From IMG/VR virus record IMGVR_UViG_3300022074_000019, positions 1 to 64,000 of that record: a stretch of DNA of 64,000 bases; one strand, given 5' to 3'. The stretch comes from a virus. Made by a program: the position numbers and the translations under genes. The notes below the pieces were generated by a model that saw only the letters and a list, made by a program, of their open reading frames with translations, did not search any database and was not told the origin of the DNA. Below are positions 18,669 to 26,371 of this stretch, piece after piece (the first letter of the stretch is position 1; each line of letters opens with the position of its first letter).

Positions 18669-19087
18669 TGCATAAGCAAATATCTCCTTCTGCTTTTATT
18701 ACGCTTCCATCTGGTGACGAAGTCTTCCCTTCACGTCTTATCCATCGTGATGGAACAATTATGTGGAAGCATGCATTGCAAGCTGGTGATAAGCATTATG
18801 TGCCTACATCTCTCGCTCATGAAGCACACATAATCAAGACTGCAGCACGTCTTGAAGAATTGAATGCATGGGTATCCCAAAATCTTGAGCCATGGGATTG
18901 TTTCTTGCCAAAATTTTGGTATGACCCTCGTAGTATTCATAAACCAACAGCATCTGGATATGCTTGCGAGTTTCAGCACACTTCTCTCAGTACCAGCGCT
19001 GTGCTTGAAATGCTTGCACCCCATGTGCAAGATCATGAAACTCTTGTCTTGCTAAATAACAGTAACTTGTATTTCTCTAGGTGTTGA
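18668..19087 (+). CDS. Degenerate peptidase M15A-like protein
   Basis: HIIKTAARLEEL...WYDP...GYACEF aligns by eye to M15A but lacks SxH, D and HxH. Confidence 0.45.
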   Translation: MHKQISPSAFITLPSGDEVFPSRLIHRDGTIMWKHALQAGDKHYVPTSLAHEAHIIKTAARLEELNAWVSQNLEPWDCFLPKFWYDPRSIHKPTASGYACEFQHTSLSTSAVLEMLAPHVQDHETLVLLNNSNLYFSRC

Positions 19088-19091
19088 TAAG

Positions 19092-19107
19092 GCCGGTTAA
19101 CACCGGC
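19092..19107 (+). repeat. Hairpin repeat copy 5
   Basis: GCCGGTTAACACCGGC with no T tract. Confidence 0.9.
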
Positions 19108-19147
19108 TGCAGTTTGGGTAAATTAAGTCTATACTTTTAACAGAACA

Positions 19148-19459
19148 ATGTATGATATGGACTACGAAAAATTTAAAAAGGATCTAGAAGAATTTGAATC
19201 CTGGGATGACAGCAAAATCATTAGTATGTATAACAAATCTGACGCTGTAAATAGTCCTTCGCATTACACACGTGGATCTACAGAAGCGATCGACATTATT
19301 GAGGAAGCCATTCAAGACGCACCGTCACCTGTAGAAGGAATGCTTCAAGGACAAGTACTTAAGTATCTCTTGCGGCTTTGGCTCAAAGAAAACTCTGTTC
19401 AAGACGCCAAGAAAGCTAAGTGGTATCTCGACCGATTGATTTCTAAGCTAGAAGACTAA
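19148..19459 (+). CDS. DUF3310 (SaV / T7 gp1.7-like) protein
   Basis: DAVNSPSHY, EAIDII, KYLLR and DAKKAKWYL. Confidence 0.88.
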   Translation: MYDMDYEKFKKDLEEFESWDDSKIISMYNKSDAVNSPSHYTRGSTEAIDIIEEAIQDAPSPVEGMLQGQVLKYLLRLWLKENSVQDAKKAKWYLDRLISKLED

Positions 19460-20043
19460 TGCCTGCACCTAAGCACGATCCAACTTTCATTCATGATAAA
19501 GAGCGTTACTTTATCAATTTAGCCAAGCAGGTTGAAACCGGATCTAATCATCCCATCGCTCCTGGTGGATGTGTAATTGTGCGCGATCGAGAGATCGTTG
19601 GTGATGGCCGCAGTATTCTCGCAGATTGCAAGGTTGAAATAGACTGTGTAACCTATGCAATAGCCACTGCTTGCAAGCGTGGCACACCTATCACAGGTGC
19701 CGTTATATATTCCACTCGTTATCCTTTTTCTGCCTCTGTCTTTCAGTTATACCTGATGGGCATTCGCAAAATTATTGTGTTGGCTCACGAGTGGGAGCCT
19801 TACTACAAAGACGAATATCGACGCAGTGCTCGACTAGCACGCGAACTATCTATATCTATTGAACCATTTTTTGAAAACGAAGATGAACGTTTCTCAACCA
19901 ACAACCAAGCCCCCCGTTTCGACGACAAAGAAGAGCAATTCCAGAACAAAGACCTCTACACGTACAGCCCGGCGGAACGCGATGATTTCGACGCTGAACA
20001 ATATCAACAACAAATCGATGACTCAAACCACTCTACTCTTTGA
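19459..20043 (+). CDS. dCMP deaminase-fold protein lacking the Zn and catalytic residues
   Basis: YFINLA...GCVIVRD...GAVIYST...GIRKII. HAE reads DCV and PCxxC reads PFSAS. Confidence 0.75.
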   Translation: MPAPKHDPTFIHDKERYFINLAKQVETGSNHPIAPGGCVIVRDREIVGDGRSILADCKVEIDCVTYAIATACKRGTPITGAVIYSTRYPFSASVFQLYLMGIRKIIVLAHEWEPYYKDEYRRSARLARELSISIEPFFENEDERFSTNNQAPRFDDKEEQFQNKDLYTYSPAERDDFDAEQYQQQIDDSNHSTL

Positions 20044-20548
20044 CCTTGAATCCACTGGTCTGCTTCGTCGTGGCTCCAGTATCCACTGCATCGTTGCCCG
20101 AGATCTCAACAACTCCTCAGATGCGCTCGTATGGGATGTACCTCGTAACAACCTCGATCAAGGTGTTGAACAGCTACGTCGAGCCGATGTGCTTGTTGGG
20201 CATAACATCGCTGGCTACGACATCCCCCTGATTCAAGAGGGATACGACTTTGATTTCCAAGGCGAAGTTATCGACACCCTTGTACTTTCTCGTTTGTTCT
20301 ATCCACATATCCAAGAGCGTGACTTCGAACGTCGTCCTATTGGCATGCCTCAGAAACTTTACGGCCGTCATAGTTTGGAGGCCTGGGGTTATCGCCTCAA
20401 ATGCTTCAAAGGCGACTTTGGTAAGCATGATGGTGCTTGGGATACTTACACACCCGAAATGCTTGACTATTGCATTCAAGATACTGAGGTAACTGTCAAG
20501 CTCTACGAACTTATGCTTCGACGTATGCAAGATTATGCAACCACGTAA
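20018..20548 (+). CDS. Stand-alone 3'-5' exonuclease domain of a T7-type PolA
   Basis: FDLES (ExoI), GHNIAGYDIP (ExoII), HSLEAWGYRL and YCIQDT (ExoIII). Confidence 0.9.
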   Translation: MTQTTLLFDLESTGLLRRGSSIHCIVARDLNNSSDALVWDVPRNNLDQGVEQLRRADVLVGHNIAGYDIPLIQEGYDFDFQGEVIDTLVLSRLFYPHIQERDFERRPIGMPQKLYGRHSLEAWGYRLKCFKGDFGKHDGAWDTYTPEMLDYCIQDTEVTVKLYELMLRRMQDYATT

Positions 20549-20616
20549 ATCCCCATTAAAAGTTAAACCTGATTATCCTAAGGATAATAAATCGACTAAC
20601 AATAAAGAAAAAACTA

Positions 20617-20871
20617 ATGAGCAAGACCGAGACTACTTTGAAAGCTACAGATCCTTTGACCGTTGACGAGGTCAAGGCTGCTAGTGACATCTTCTTTCCA
20701 CTTTTTACTGAGGTTGATGGCCGCATGCCTGACGGAGCTTCTGTTGAAGATACTTTGAAGGTTATGGAAGCTGTAGCCAAACTCGCTCATAAACAGCGTG
20801 CTAAAGCTAAAGAAGAAAAGATTAAAGAAAAATTTGGTTTCAACAAAATTGCTGAGGATGCTGATGATTGA
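20617..20871 (+). CDS. Hypothetical protein lying between the two PolA halves
   Basis: 84-aa ATG ORF whose stop overlaps the polymerase start. Confidence 0.7.
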   Translation: MSKTETTLKATDPLTVDEVKAASDIFFPLFTEVDGRMPDGASVEDTLKVMEAVAKLAHKQRAKAKEEKIKEKFGFNKIAEDADD

Positions 20872-22165
20872 TTGCGTCAAACTTGAAATGGATATGGCAC
20901 TGCTGATGACACAGCAGGAGGCCTCTGGATTCCGCTTTGACATGGACGCCGCAGAGCGTGTGCGTGATGAGCTCACAAATGAAATGCAGACACTGCTAGG
21001 CATCATCAAATCTCGCTACCCTTTTGTTCCTGGCAAAGTATTTACACCAAAGCGTGCAAACAAAACTAAAGGTTATGTGGCTGGTGCACCCTTTACCAAG
21101 CTAGAGGAGTTCAACCCAACCAGCCGTCAGAACATTGCCTGGGCTTTGCAAACGTTCCGCAAGGCTCGCTTCACCAAGCTCACCGATAGTGGTAAGCCGA
21201 AGGTCGATGAAGCTGTGCTGAGCGAGGTACGTGATAAAGCACTGCAAGATGGCAACACCCTGCTGCACGAAGAGTGTGAGATGTTTATCCGTCTACTTAC
21301 TCTGCAGAAGTGGCTGGGACAGCTTTCTGAGGGTGCGAACTCTTGGTTCAATACGATTGAGCAGGACGGCTGCATCCATCACAGCTGCACACTTGCTACA
21401 CAAACGGGGCGTAACGCCCACCGTGGTCCCAACCTCGGCAATGTCGTAAGTGCACCTTGGGCACGTCAACTGTTTATCCCTCACCCCGGTCACGTCATGG
21501 TAGGCGCTGACCTTGAAGGCTTAGAGCTTCGAGCGCTTGGGCACTACCTCAGCAGGTTCGATGACAATGCCTTCGCTGACGTTGTTATCAACGGCGATAT
21601 TCACCAGCAGAACGCTGACCGTGTGGGTTGCACTCGTAAAGAAGTAAAAACCATTACCTACGCTTTCATCTATGGCGCAGGTGATGCAAAGCTCGGACAC
21701 AGCTTGTGTCCTGAGCTGCCTGATATTGAGAAAAAACAACTTGGCACTGAGCTTCGTCGCAAGTTCCTTGCCGCTATTCCTGGATTGGAGCCATTAATTG
21801 ATGCAGTCAAACAAAAAGTTCGCAATAGCGGTCGTCTTAGGGGGCTTGATGGGCGTCCTGTATTCTGTCGGGCTGAACATGCCTCACTCAACTACCTATT
21901 GCAATCCGCTGGAGCAGTCATCTCCAAGCGTTGGGTGGTTTTCGGACAACAACTGCTAGACGAAGCAGGGCTTGTCTACGATCGCGATTACACCCGTTGT
22001 GCATATGTGCACGATGAAGTTCAACTGTCTGTTATACCCCAACAAGTTGATACTGTTAAACAGCTTCTAGAAAATGCTGCTCCACTTGCTGGACAGTATT
22101 ACAACTTTCGAGTTCCTATTGCAGCTTCTGCAGACAGTGGCGCGTCATGGCAGGATACACATTGA
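20864..22165 (+). CDS. polA: DNA polymerase family A, polymerase domain (T7-like, Tyr at the E. coli 762 position)
   Basis: TQTGR, ADLEGLELR (motif A), RKEVKTITYAFIYG (motif B) and VHDE (motif C). GAGG SD precedes ATG 20864. Confidence 0.95.
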   Translation: MIDCVKLEMDMALLMTQQEASGFRFDMDAAERVRDELTNEMQTLLGIIKSRYPFVPGKVFTPKRANKTKGYVAGAPFTKLEEFNPTSRQNIAWALQTFRKARFTKLTDSGKPKVDEAVLSEVRDKALQDGNTLLHEECEMFIRLLTLQKWLGQLSEGANSWFNTIEQDGCIHHSCTLATQTGRNAHRGPNLGNVVSAPWARQLFIPHPGHVMVGADLEGLELRALGHYLSRFDDNAFADVVINGDIHQQNADRVGCTRKEVKTITYAFIYGAGDAKLGHSLCPELPDIEKKQLGTELRRKFLAAIPGLEPLIDAVKQKVRNSGRLRGLDGRPVFCRAEHASLNYLLQSAGAVISKRWVVFGQQLLDEAGLVYDRDYTRCAYVHDEVQLSVIPQQVDTVKQLLENAAPLAGQYYNFRVPIAASADSGASWQDTH

Positions 22166-22197
22166 GATATCAAGTTCATATTGATACAATGTAAATT

Positions 22198-22392
22198 ATG
22201 GAGAATCCTGAAAGTCATCTGTTTAACTTTCAAGTCGATGGACCGGCATTAAAACTGCTGGTCAGGGGAATGCGTTACTACTTAGAAAAGTGGCCAGGTG
22301 GTGATGCTAACGATCAGATTGCAATTCAAAACATGTTATTTGAATTAAATAAAGCACATCTTGAGTTGCAGTTTATTGAAGACAATAGCTAA
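22198..22392 (+). CDS. Small hypothetical protein (paralogue of 22753-22947)
   Basis: YLEKWPGGD...LELQF. Confidence 0.65.
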   Translation: MENPESHLFNFQVDGPALKLLVRGMRYYLEKWPGGDANDQIAIQNMLFELNKAHLELQFIEDNS

Positions 22393-22571
22393 ACAGTAAT
22401 TGAATGTTCGCCGTGGACTTCGGTTATTTCGTAACATTGAGTTATGGAACATTTTTGGCAGCGATTTCAAAAATCACTGAGGTTGCAGAAGTGGCCTGTG
22501 CTTTCTAATGCTGAGCATTTGCTCAGAGAGCAGAAGCGAAAGCTTGACAAATTATATGGTCGTAATGACAA

Positions 22572-22775
22572 ATGAATATTCTTGCCGCTCTGATAATTGC
22601 TACGCATGGTGCTGGACCCTACGACTGGCATATGTCATGCGAAAGATGGCAAGAGCGTGCACATGAAATTCTTGCTGATGAAAAACTACCTGAAAAAGAA
22701 CGCTGGTTTCTTGTTCGATATTTACGTAATAAAGTAATAGGTATATGCCCTTTTGACTGGACTGATAATGTCTAA
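22572..22775 (+). CDS. Small secreted-type hypothetical protein
   Basis: Hydrophobic N-terminus; PYDWHMSCERWQ. Confidence 0.6.
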   Translation: MNILAALIIATHGAGPYDWHMSCERWQERAHEILADEKLPEKERWFLVRYLRNKVIGICPFDWTDNV

Positions 22776-22947
22776 AAATACAATCCCTATTGAATTTGAT
22801 AAAGCATCCATCAAGATGCTGCTTAATACTCTAGATAAATATCAAGAGTCTCATCCCCTTGGTTCACCTGTAGAAAAAGATCGTTTTTCTGATATCTATA
22901 AAAAGTTAAAGATTGCTCTTTTTGAGCTCACTTTTATGGACGGCTAA
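22753..22947 (+). CDS. Small hypothetical protein
   Basis: Similar to 22198-22392 (...LFELTF). Confidence 0.6.
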   Translation: MTGLIMSKNTIPIEFDKASIKMLLNTLDKYQESHPLGSPVEKDRFSDIYKKLKIALFELTFMDG

Positions 22948-22974
22948 GAGTATTAATAGCTACAATTAAATTAC

Positions 22975-23024
22975 ATCGTTCATCCCTAAAGGGACGCAAG
23001 TAAGGCAGAGCCTGAAGGAACGGG
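22975..23024 (+). ncRNA. Glutamine riboswitch (glnA-motif class)
   Basis: ATCGTTC-ATCCCTAAAGGGA-CGCAAGTA-AGGCAGAGCCT-GAAGGAACG: P1 CGTTC/GAACG, P2, and an E-loop P3. TACAAT -10 at 22961. Confidence 0.8.
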
Positions 23025-23053
23025 AAATTTCTTAAACACTATGGAGGTTTCCA

Positions 23054-23245
23054 ATGTCTAACGTAATGATTCGTGGTCTCATGAAAGTCCACAAAGATAA
23101 CCGTCGTGCTAGCAATGAGCAGGCACGCGAACTCAACCATCTTCGCAGTCGCTCCTACCGTGGAGTTCCTACTAAGAACACCAACTGGATTACCGCTGAT
23201 GTTCACGGTAATTTTGTTTATCGTGGTGTTGCTTACACCAAATGA
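23054..23245 (+). CDS. DUF4278-like YRG-motif microprotein
   Basis: Two YRGV motifs, a GGAGG SD and a position just downstream of the riboswitch. Confidence 0.8.
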   Translation: MSNVMIRGLMKVHKDNRRASNEQARELNHLRSRSYRGVPTKNTNWITADVHGNFVYRGVAYTK

Positions 23246-23249
23246 AATA

Positions 23250-23271
23250 GCCGGCTAACGCCGGCTTTTTT
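23250..23271 (+). terminator. Hairpin repeat copy 6, terminating the + arm
   Basis: GCCGGCTAACGCCGGC followed by TTTTTT at the convergence point. Confidence 0.85.
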
Positions 23272-23279
23272 CTACTTTT

Positions 23280-23591
23280 TTATGAATAAAGATCTTCGTA
23301 GATATCGTCACTCATTTTAGGTCTAAAGGATTCACTCATTTGTTTATCCTGTCCAATTTCTCTATAGCGTTCTTGCTGAATACCAATACCTGGACTCTGC
23401 CCACCAGTGCCAGGTGTACGAATCTCTGTACGCTTTGGACCATTGGCTGCATAAGCTTGCCTACCATTCCAAGCACGAGCTTTCTTAAGAGCTTGACGTT
23501 GTTTACTTACAGCACCTGTACGTGTCAATGAATCTTTATCTTGATCAGAGACACGCCGTAAGTCAGTTTTTTCAGTGCGGAACCCTGCCAC
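23280..23591 (-). CDS. Hypothetical protein
   Basis: Last gene of the - arm. Confidence 0.6.
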   Translation of the reverse strand: MAGFRTEKTDLRRVSDQDKDSLTRTGAVSKQRQALKKARAWNGRQAYAANGPKRTEIRTPGTGGQSPGIGIQQERYREIGQDKQMSESFRPKMSDDIYEDLYS

Positions 23592-23787
23592 TACGTCTTA
23601 CCATTGCTTTCTCTTCCATTGTAAGAGGTTCTTTTGCATTGGGCTCAGCATAAAAACACACAATCCAATCTGAATCGCGTGACAATAATTCATCCTGCAT
23701 GGCCTCTTCTAGCATGCTTAGAGCTGCTAGTTGATGAGGCTCCTGGTAGTACTTAAAAATGTCTCTCAAAGATATCTTTGCTTTCAC
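23572..23787 (-). CDS. Stand-alone homologue of the endolysin N-terminal domain
   Basis: IFKYYQEPHQLAAL...SDW resembles FFKYYNEEEHQIRAI...SDW of 28750. Confidence 0.65.
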   Translation of the reverse strand: MKAKISLRDIFKYYQEPHQLAALSMLEEAMQDELLSRDSDWIVCFYAEPNAKEPLTMEEKAMVRRSGRVPH

Positions 23788-24044
23788 TGGAGACCAATCG
23801 TTGTTTGAAGCTCTTTAACTGCAACAGCTACAGGTTGAAGCACACTGACCATCTTCTTAGGGACTTCACGGTCAATCACCTGCACCACACCTTCAAGACG
23901 CTCAAAGCGGTCTTTATCTTCCACAACAATTAGCTCAACACGCTGTTCAAGATTATTCAATTTCTCGTCAAGCTTTTTAGCACGCAGGTGAGCAAAGGGG
24001 ATACTCAATGCAATAGCAAAGAGAGAACTAACTACGTATTCCAT
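23784..24044 (-). CDS. Membrane-anchored coiled-coil protein
   Basis: N-terminal TM segment. Confidence 0.65.
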   Translation of the reverse strand: MEYVVSSLFAIALSIPFAHLRAKKLDEKLNNLEQRVELIVVEDKDRFERLEGVVQVIDREVPKKMVSVLQPVAVAVKELQTTIGLQ

Positions 24045-24079
24045 CTATCTATTTTGAACTAATTGAAGTCTAATACAAA

Positions 24080-24409
24080 TCACATCATCATGAGACCATC
24101 GTTGTCGATGTCATCGTCTTCCCAACCTGGGTCCATAATATCGGTGGGCATATTGTCATCTTCTGACTGCATCTTCAGCAGTTCAATGAATGTTTCTTCT
24201 GAAAGAATTTCAGGTAATCCTTCTTGCTTCTCTTCAATTTTGAAAACAACTCCGTTCTGAAGAAGCACATTCTGGACGCCGTTCTTCTGCTGCATGCGGG
24301 ACTTGAGAAGTTTAACTGCAGTTCGCTCTAGTTCGTGCCGGCTCATACGAGATACTTCATATCGCGCACGCTGTAGTGCAAACCGTTGTTCTATCGTCAA
24401 ATCCTTCAT
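24080..24409 (-). CDS. nblA: NblA-like phycobilisome degradation adaptor with an acidic extension
   Basis: LTIEQRF...VSRMSRHEL...LLKSRMQQKN matches the NblA pattern LSLEQxF...MSxEQ. Confidence 0.6.
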   Translation of the reverse strand: MKDLTIEQRFALQRARYEVSRMSRHELERTAVKLLKSRMQQKNGVQNVLLQNGVVFKIEEKQEGLPEILSEETFIELLKMQSEDDNMPTDIMDPGWEDDDIDNDGLMMM

Positions 24410-24755
24410 TCTCTAAATCCTCTGCAACAATACGTTCGTTGGCGATCCACTCTTCGATCAATTCTTTGGCAATAGTGTTGTAAAACTCTTGCCGTTGATA
24501 CCACACTAGCCAATTTTCACTACCTTTGTCGTGATTACAACTTCGGCAGCATGGAAGTAAGTTAGATCGAAGGCTACTACCCCCTGCGGATTTGGGTTTT
24601 ATGTGATCAAGAGTGGTGGCTCTATTCTCACGGCAGTAAGCACAAAGACCGCCAAAAGCATATTTAAGTTCTTGACGGAATTGACGCTTGGCGGAGCCTT
24701 TATTGAGGCACTGGAGAGAGAACATAAGTTCCTTCCAGTCTTCTGCGTAACCCAT
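24357..24755 (-). CDS. HNH endonuclease
   Basis: CAYC, TLDHIKPKSAGG and NLLPCCRSCNHDKG. Confidence 0.9.
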   Translation of the reverse strand: MGYAEDWKELMFSLQCLNKGSAKRQFRQELKYAFGGLCAYCRENRATTLDHIKPKSAGGSSLRSNLLPCCRSCNHDKGSENWLVWYQRQEFYNTIAKELIEEWIANERIVAEDLENEGFDDRTTVCTTACAI

Positions 24756-24784
24756 AGAGTTGTTATTAGCAACTTGGTTACAGT

Positions 24785-25060
24785 CTAATTGTCACTAGAG
24801 TCTTTAGAAGTATTCGTTCTATCTGATACATATGAAACACCCATTTCTCCACCTAGTGGTGTTTCACCTTGCTGTTTTTCCCAAAATTCCCACTCAGCTT
24901 CGTAAGCTTCTTCAGTCGCAGCAAGATACTCCTCCACAGCACTGTCCATTTTGTGTGGAAGAGTTGAGTAAAATTTTTCTCTATCTATTGCTCTTTTTAT
25001 GTCGTCAGCAATGCTTCGGCTGTTGTAATGCCATAGCCATTTGCCATCAGGGGGTATCAA
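24785..25060 (-). CDS. Hypothetical protein
   Basis: Coupled to the upstream small membrane ORF. Confidence 0.55.
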   Translation of the reverse strand: MIPPDGKWLWHYNSRSIADDIKRAIDREKFYSTLPHKMDSAVEEYLAATEEAYEAEWEFWEKQQGETPLGGEMGVSYVSDRTNTSKDSSDN

Positions 25061-25206
25061 CCCTTTTTTACAGAAGAGGGCTTAATAGCATTCAGCGCTT
25101 GAATCAACAGTTGAATAACACTGTTTGAGCGCAGAGGTGTAAGAGCAATAATTTCACTGGCAGCAGCGACAACGATCCAGAAGATCGGGCTTGCAAGTAC
25201 TTCCAT
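25057..25206 (-). CDS. Small membrane protein, possible holin (49 aa)
   Basis: MEVLASPIFWIVVAAASEIIALTPLRSNSVIQLLIQAL. Confidence 0.6.
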   Translation of the reverse strand: MEVLASPIFWIVVAAASEIIALTPLRSNSVIQLLIQALNAIKPSSVKKG

Positions 25207-25238
25207 AACTATGTATCAATAACTGTCCTTATTCTAAC

Positions 25239-25350
25239 TACCACGCTAACCACACTAAACCACGTAAGTTTCTATATACCTATTCTTTTATTCCTTCTAC
25301 TTAGGTTTTAATTAAGCAGTTTATAGGGACTAGTGTGGTAACTGCGGTTT
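25239..25350. other. Iteron/AT-core element B (inverted homologue of 253-370)
   Basis: Tandem TACCACGCTA, ACCACACTA and AACCACGTAA units, a pyrimidine-skewed core and an inverted TAGTGTGGTA; abuts the recombinase stop. Confidence 0.55.
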
Positions 25351-26128
25351 ACTGTAGTTTTTGCAGCTGCTCGTATTTATCTTCTAGCAGGATGTGGCCG
25401 TATTGAGCTGTCATTCCTGCAGGAACATGACCAATAATCGAGGCAGCAATGCTGTATTCAATTCCCGCTTTACGCATTCGTGTTGCGATGTTGTGCCTAA
25501 TGCCGTGAGCTGAGTGACCACAGCGCCGTTTCATGTAGCGACTGAAGTAATCACCCGCCTTAGGGTTAGTGTTAAAAGGGAAATTTTCGATAAATCTACG
25601 GTACTTATGATGGATAGGCACTTCTCGCCGGCTGGGCTCATTCTTGATTCCACGTACTTCATTATCGATAATGCTGAAGTGTGGGCATGGGTGATTTAAA
25701 ATAATATCTTCTGGTTTCAAGCAGGCCAGCTCATTCACTCTGAAGCCGTGATACCACAGTCCCATAAAGAGTGGATGTTCTGTTAGTCCAACCTCTTCGT
25801 AATAACTAAGAGGAAGAAACGGATATTTTTTCTTTCCTCGCTTTAATCCTTTCAATGATCCTCGCCACGGATTATCGTCAACAATTTCCATTTGCTCGTA
25901 GCCAATTTGCCAAATGGTTCCGCAGTACCCCAGTTGCGTTCTCACATAGCTCTGCTTGTATCCCAAATTGTTCAGCTGTGCTCGTCGAAGGTTGACAAAT
26001 TTTTTGTCCACTTCTTCAACCGGTTTGTCTTCAAAACCTCTGATTGCGTACTGCCATCCCCTGAGCGTGGCAGGAGCAACAGGCTGATAGCCCGCAACCG
26101 CTTCCATCAGTTCTTGTGTTGTGAGCAT
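25349..26128 (-). CDS. Tyrosine recombinase (short, no arm-binding domain)
   Basis: GFRVNEL (R), IKN (K), HGIRH (HxxR), IGH and QY: the full catalytic set. Confidence 0.9.
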   Translation of the reverse strand: MLTTQELMEAVAGYQPVAPATLRGWQYAIRGFEDKPVEEVDKKFVNLRRAQLNNLGYKQSYVRTQLGYCGTIWQIGYEQMEIVDDNPWRGSLKGLKRGKKKYPFLPLSYYEEVGLTEHPLFMGLWYHGFRVNELACLKPEDIILNHPCPHFSIIDNEVRGIKNEPSRREVPIHHKYRRFIENFPFNTNPKAGDYFSRYMKRRCGHSAHGIRHNIATRMRKAGIEYSIAASIIGHVPAGMTAQYGHILLEDKYEQLQKLQ

Positions 26129-26371
26129 AGTCAGATATAAGTAACGCCAATACTGTTCTACCTTGACTCGTCCGCTTTCGTGGGTTTACCTTGAGGGGTC
26201 ACCCCTGCGGGTGTTGTGTAATGGTAAGAACGTAGTACTGACGAGGGTTCTGAGTCTACAATACACTTCGAAAAACGTCAATTTATTGGCTTCTGGTTAA
26301 TTTGTAGTTGTGACGAAAGCAACACTTTTTATTAATGCAAACGTTGCTTTTTTGACGTTAATATAATAGTG

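Noticed and set aside
20535-20666. 43-aa ORF overlapping the exonuclease stop and the 84-aa gene
   Set aside because: Low-complexity, overlaps both neighbours and has no supporting SD; cannot be supported.
20549-20863. Possible intron or intein interrupting polA
   Set aside because: No group I/II core motifs or nuclease ORF recognised, and the downstream half has its own SD and start.
26207-26250. Functional tRNA gene
   Set aside because: No anticodon arm or 3' acceptor strand, so it is reported only as a possible remnant. No intact tRNA was recognised in the window.
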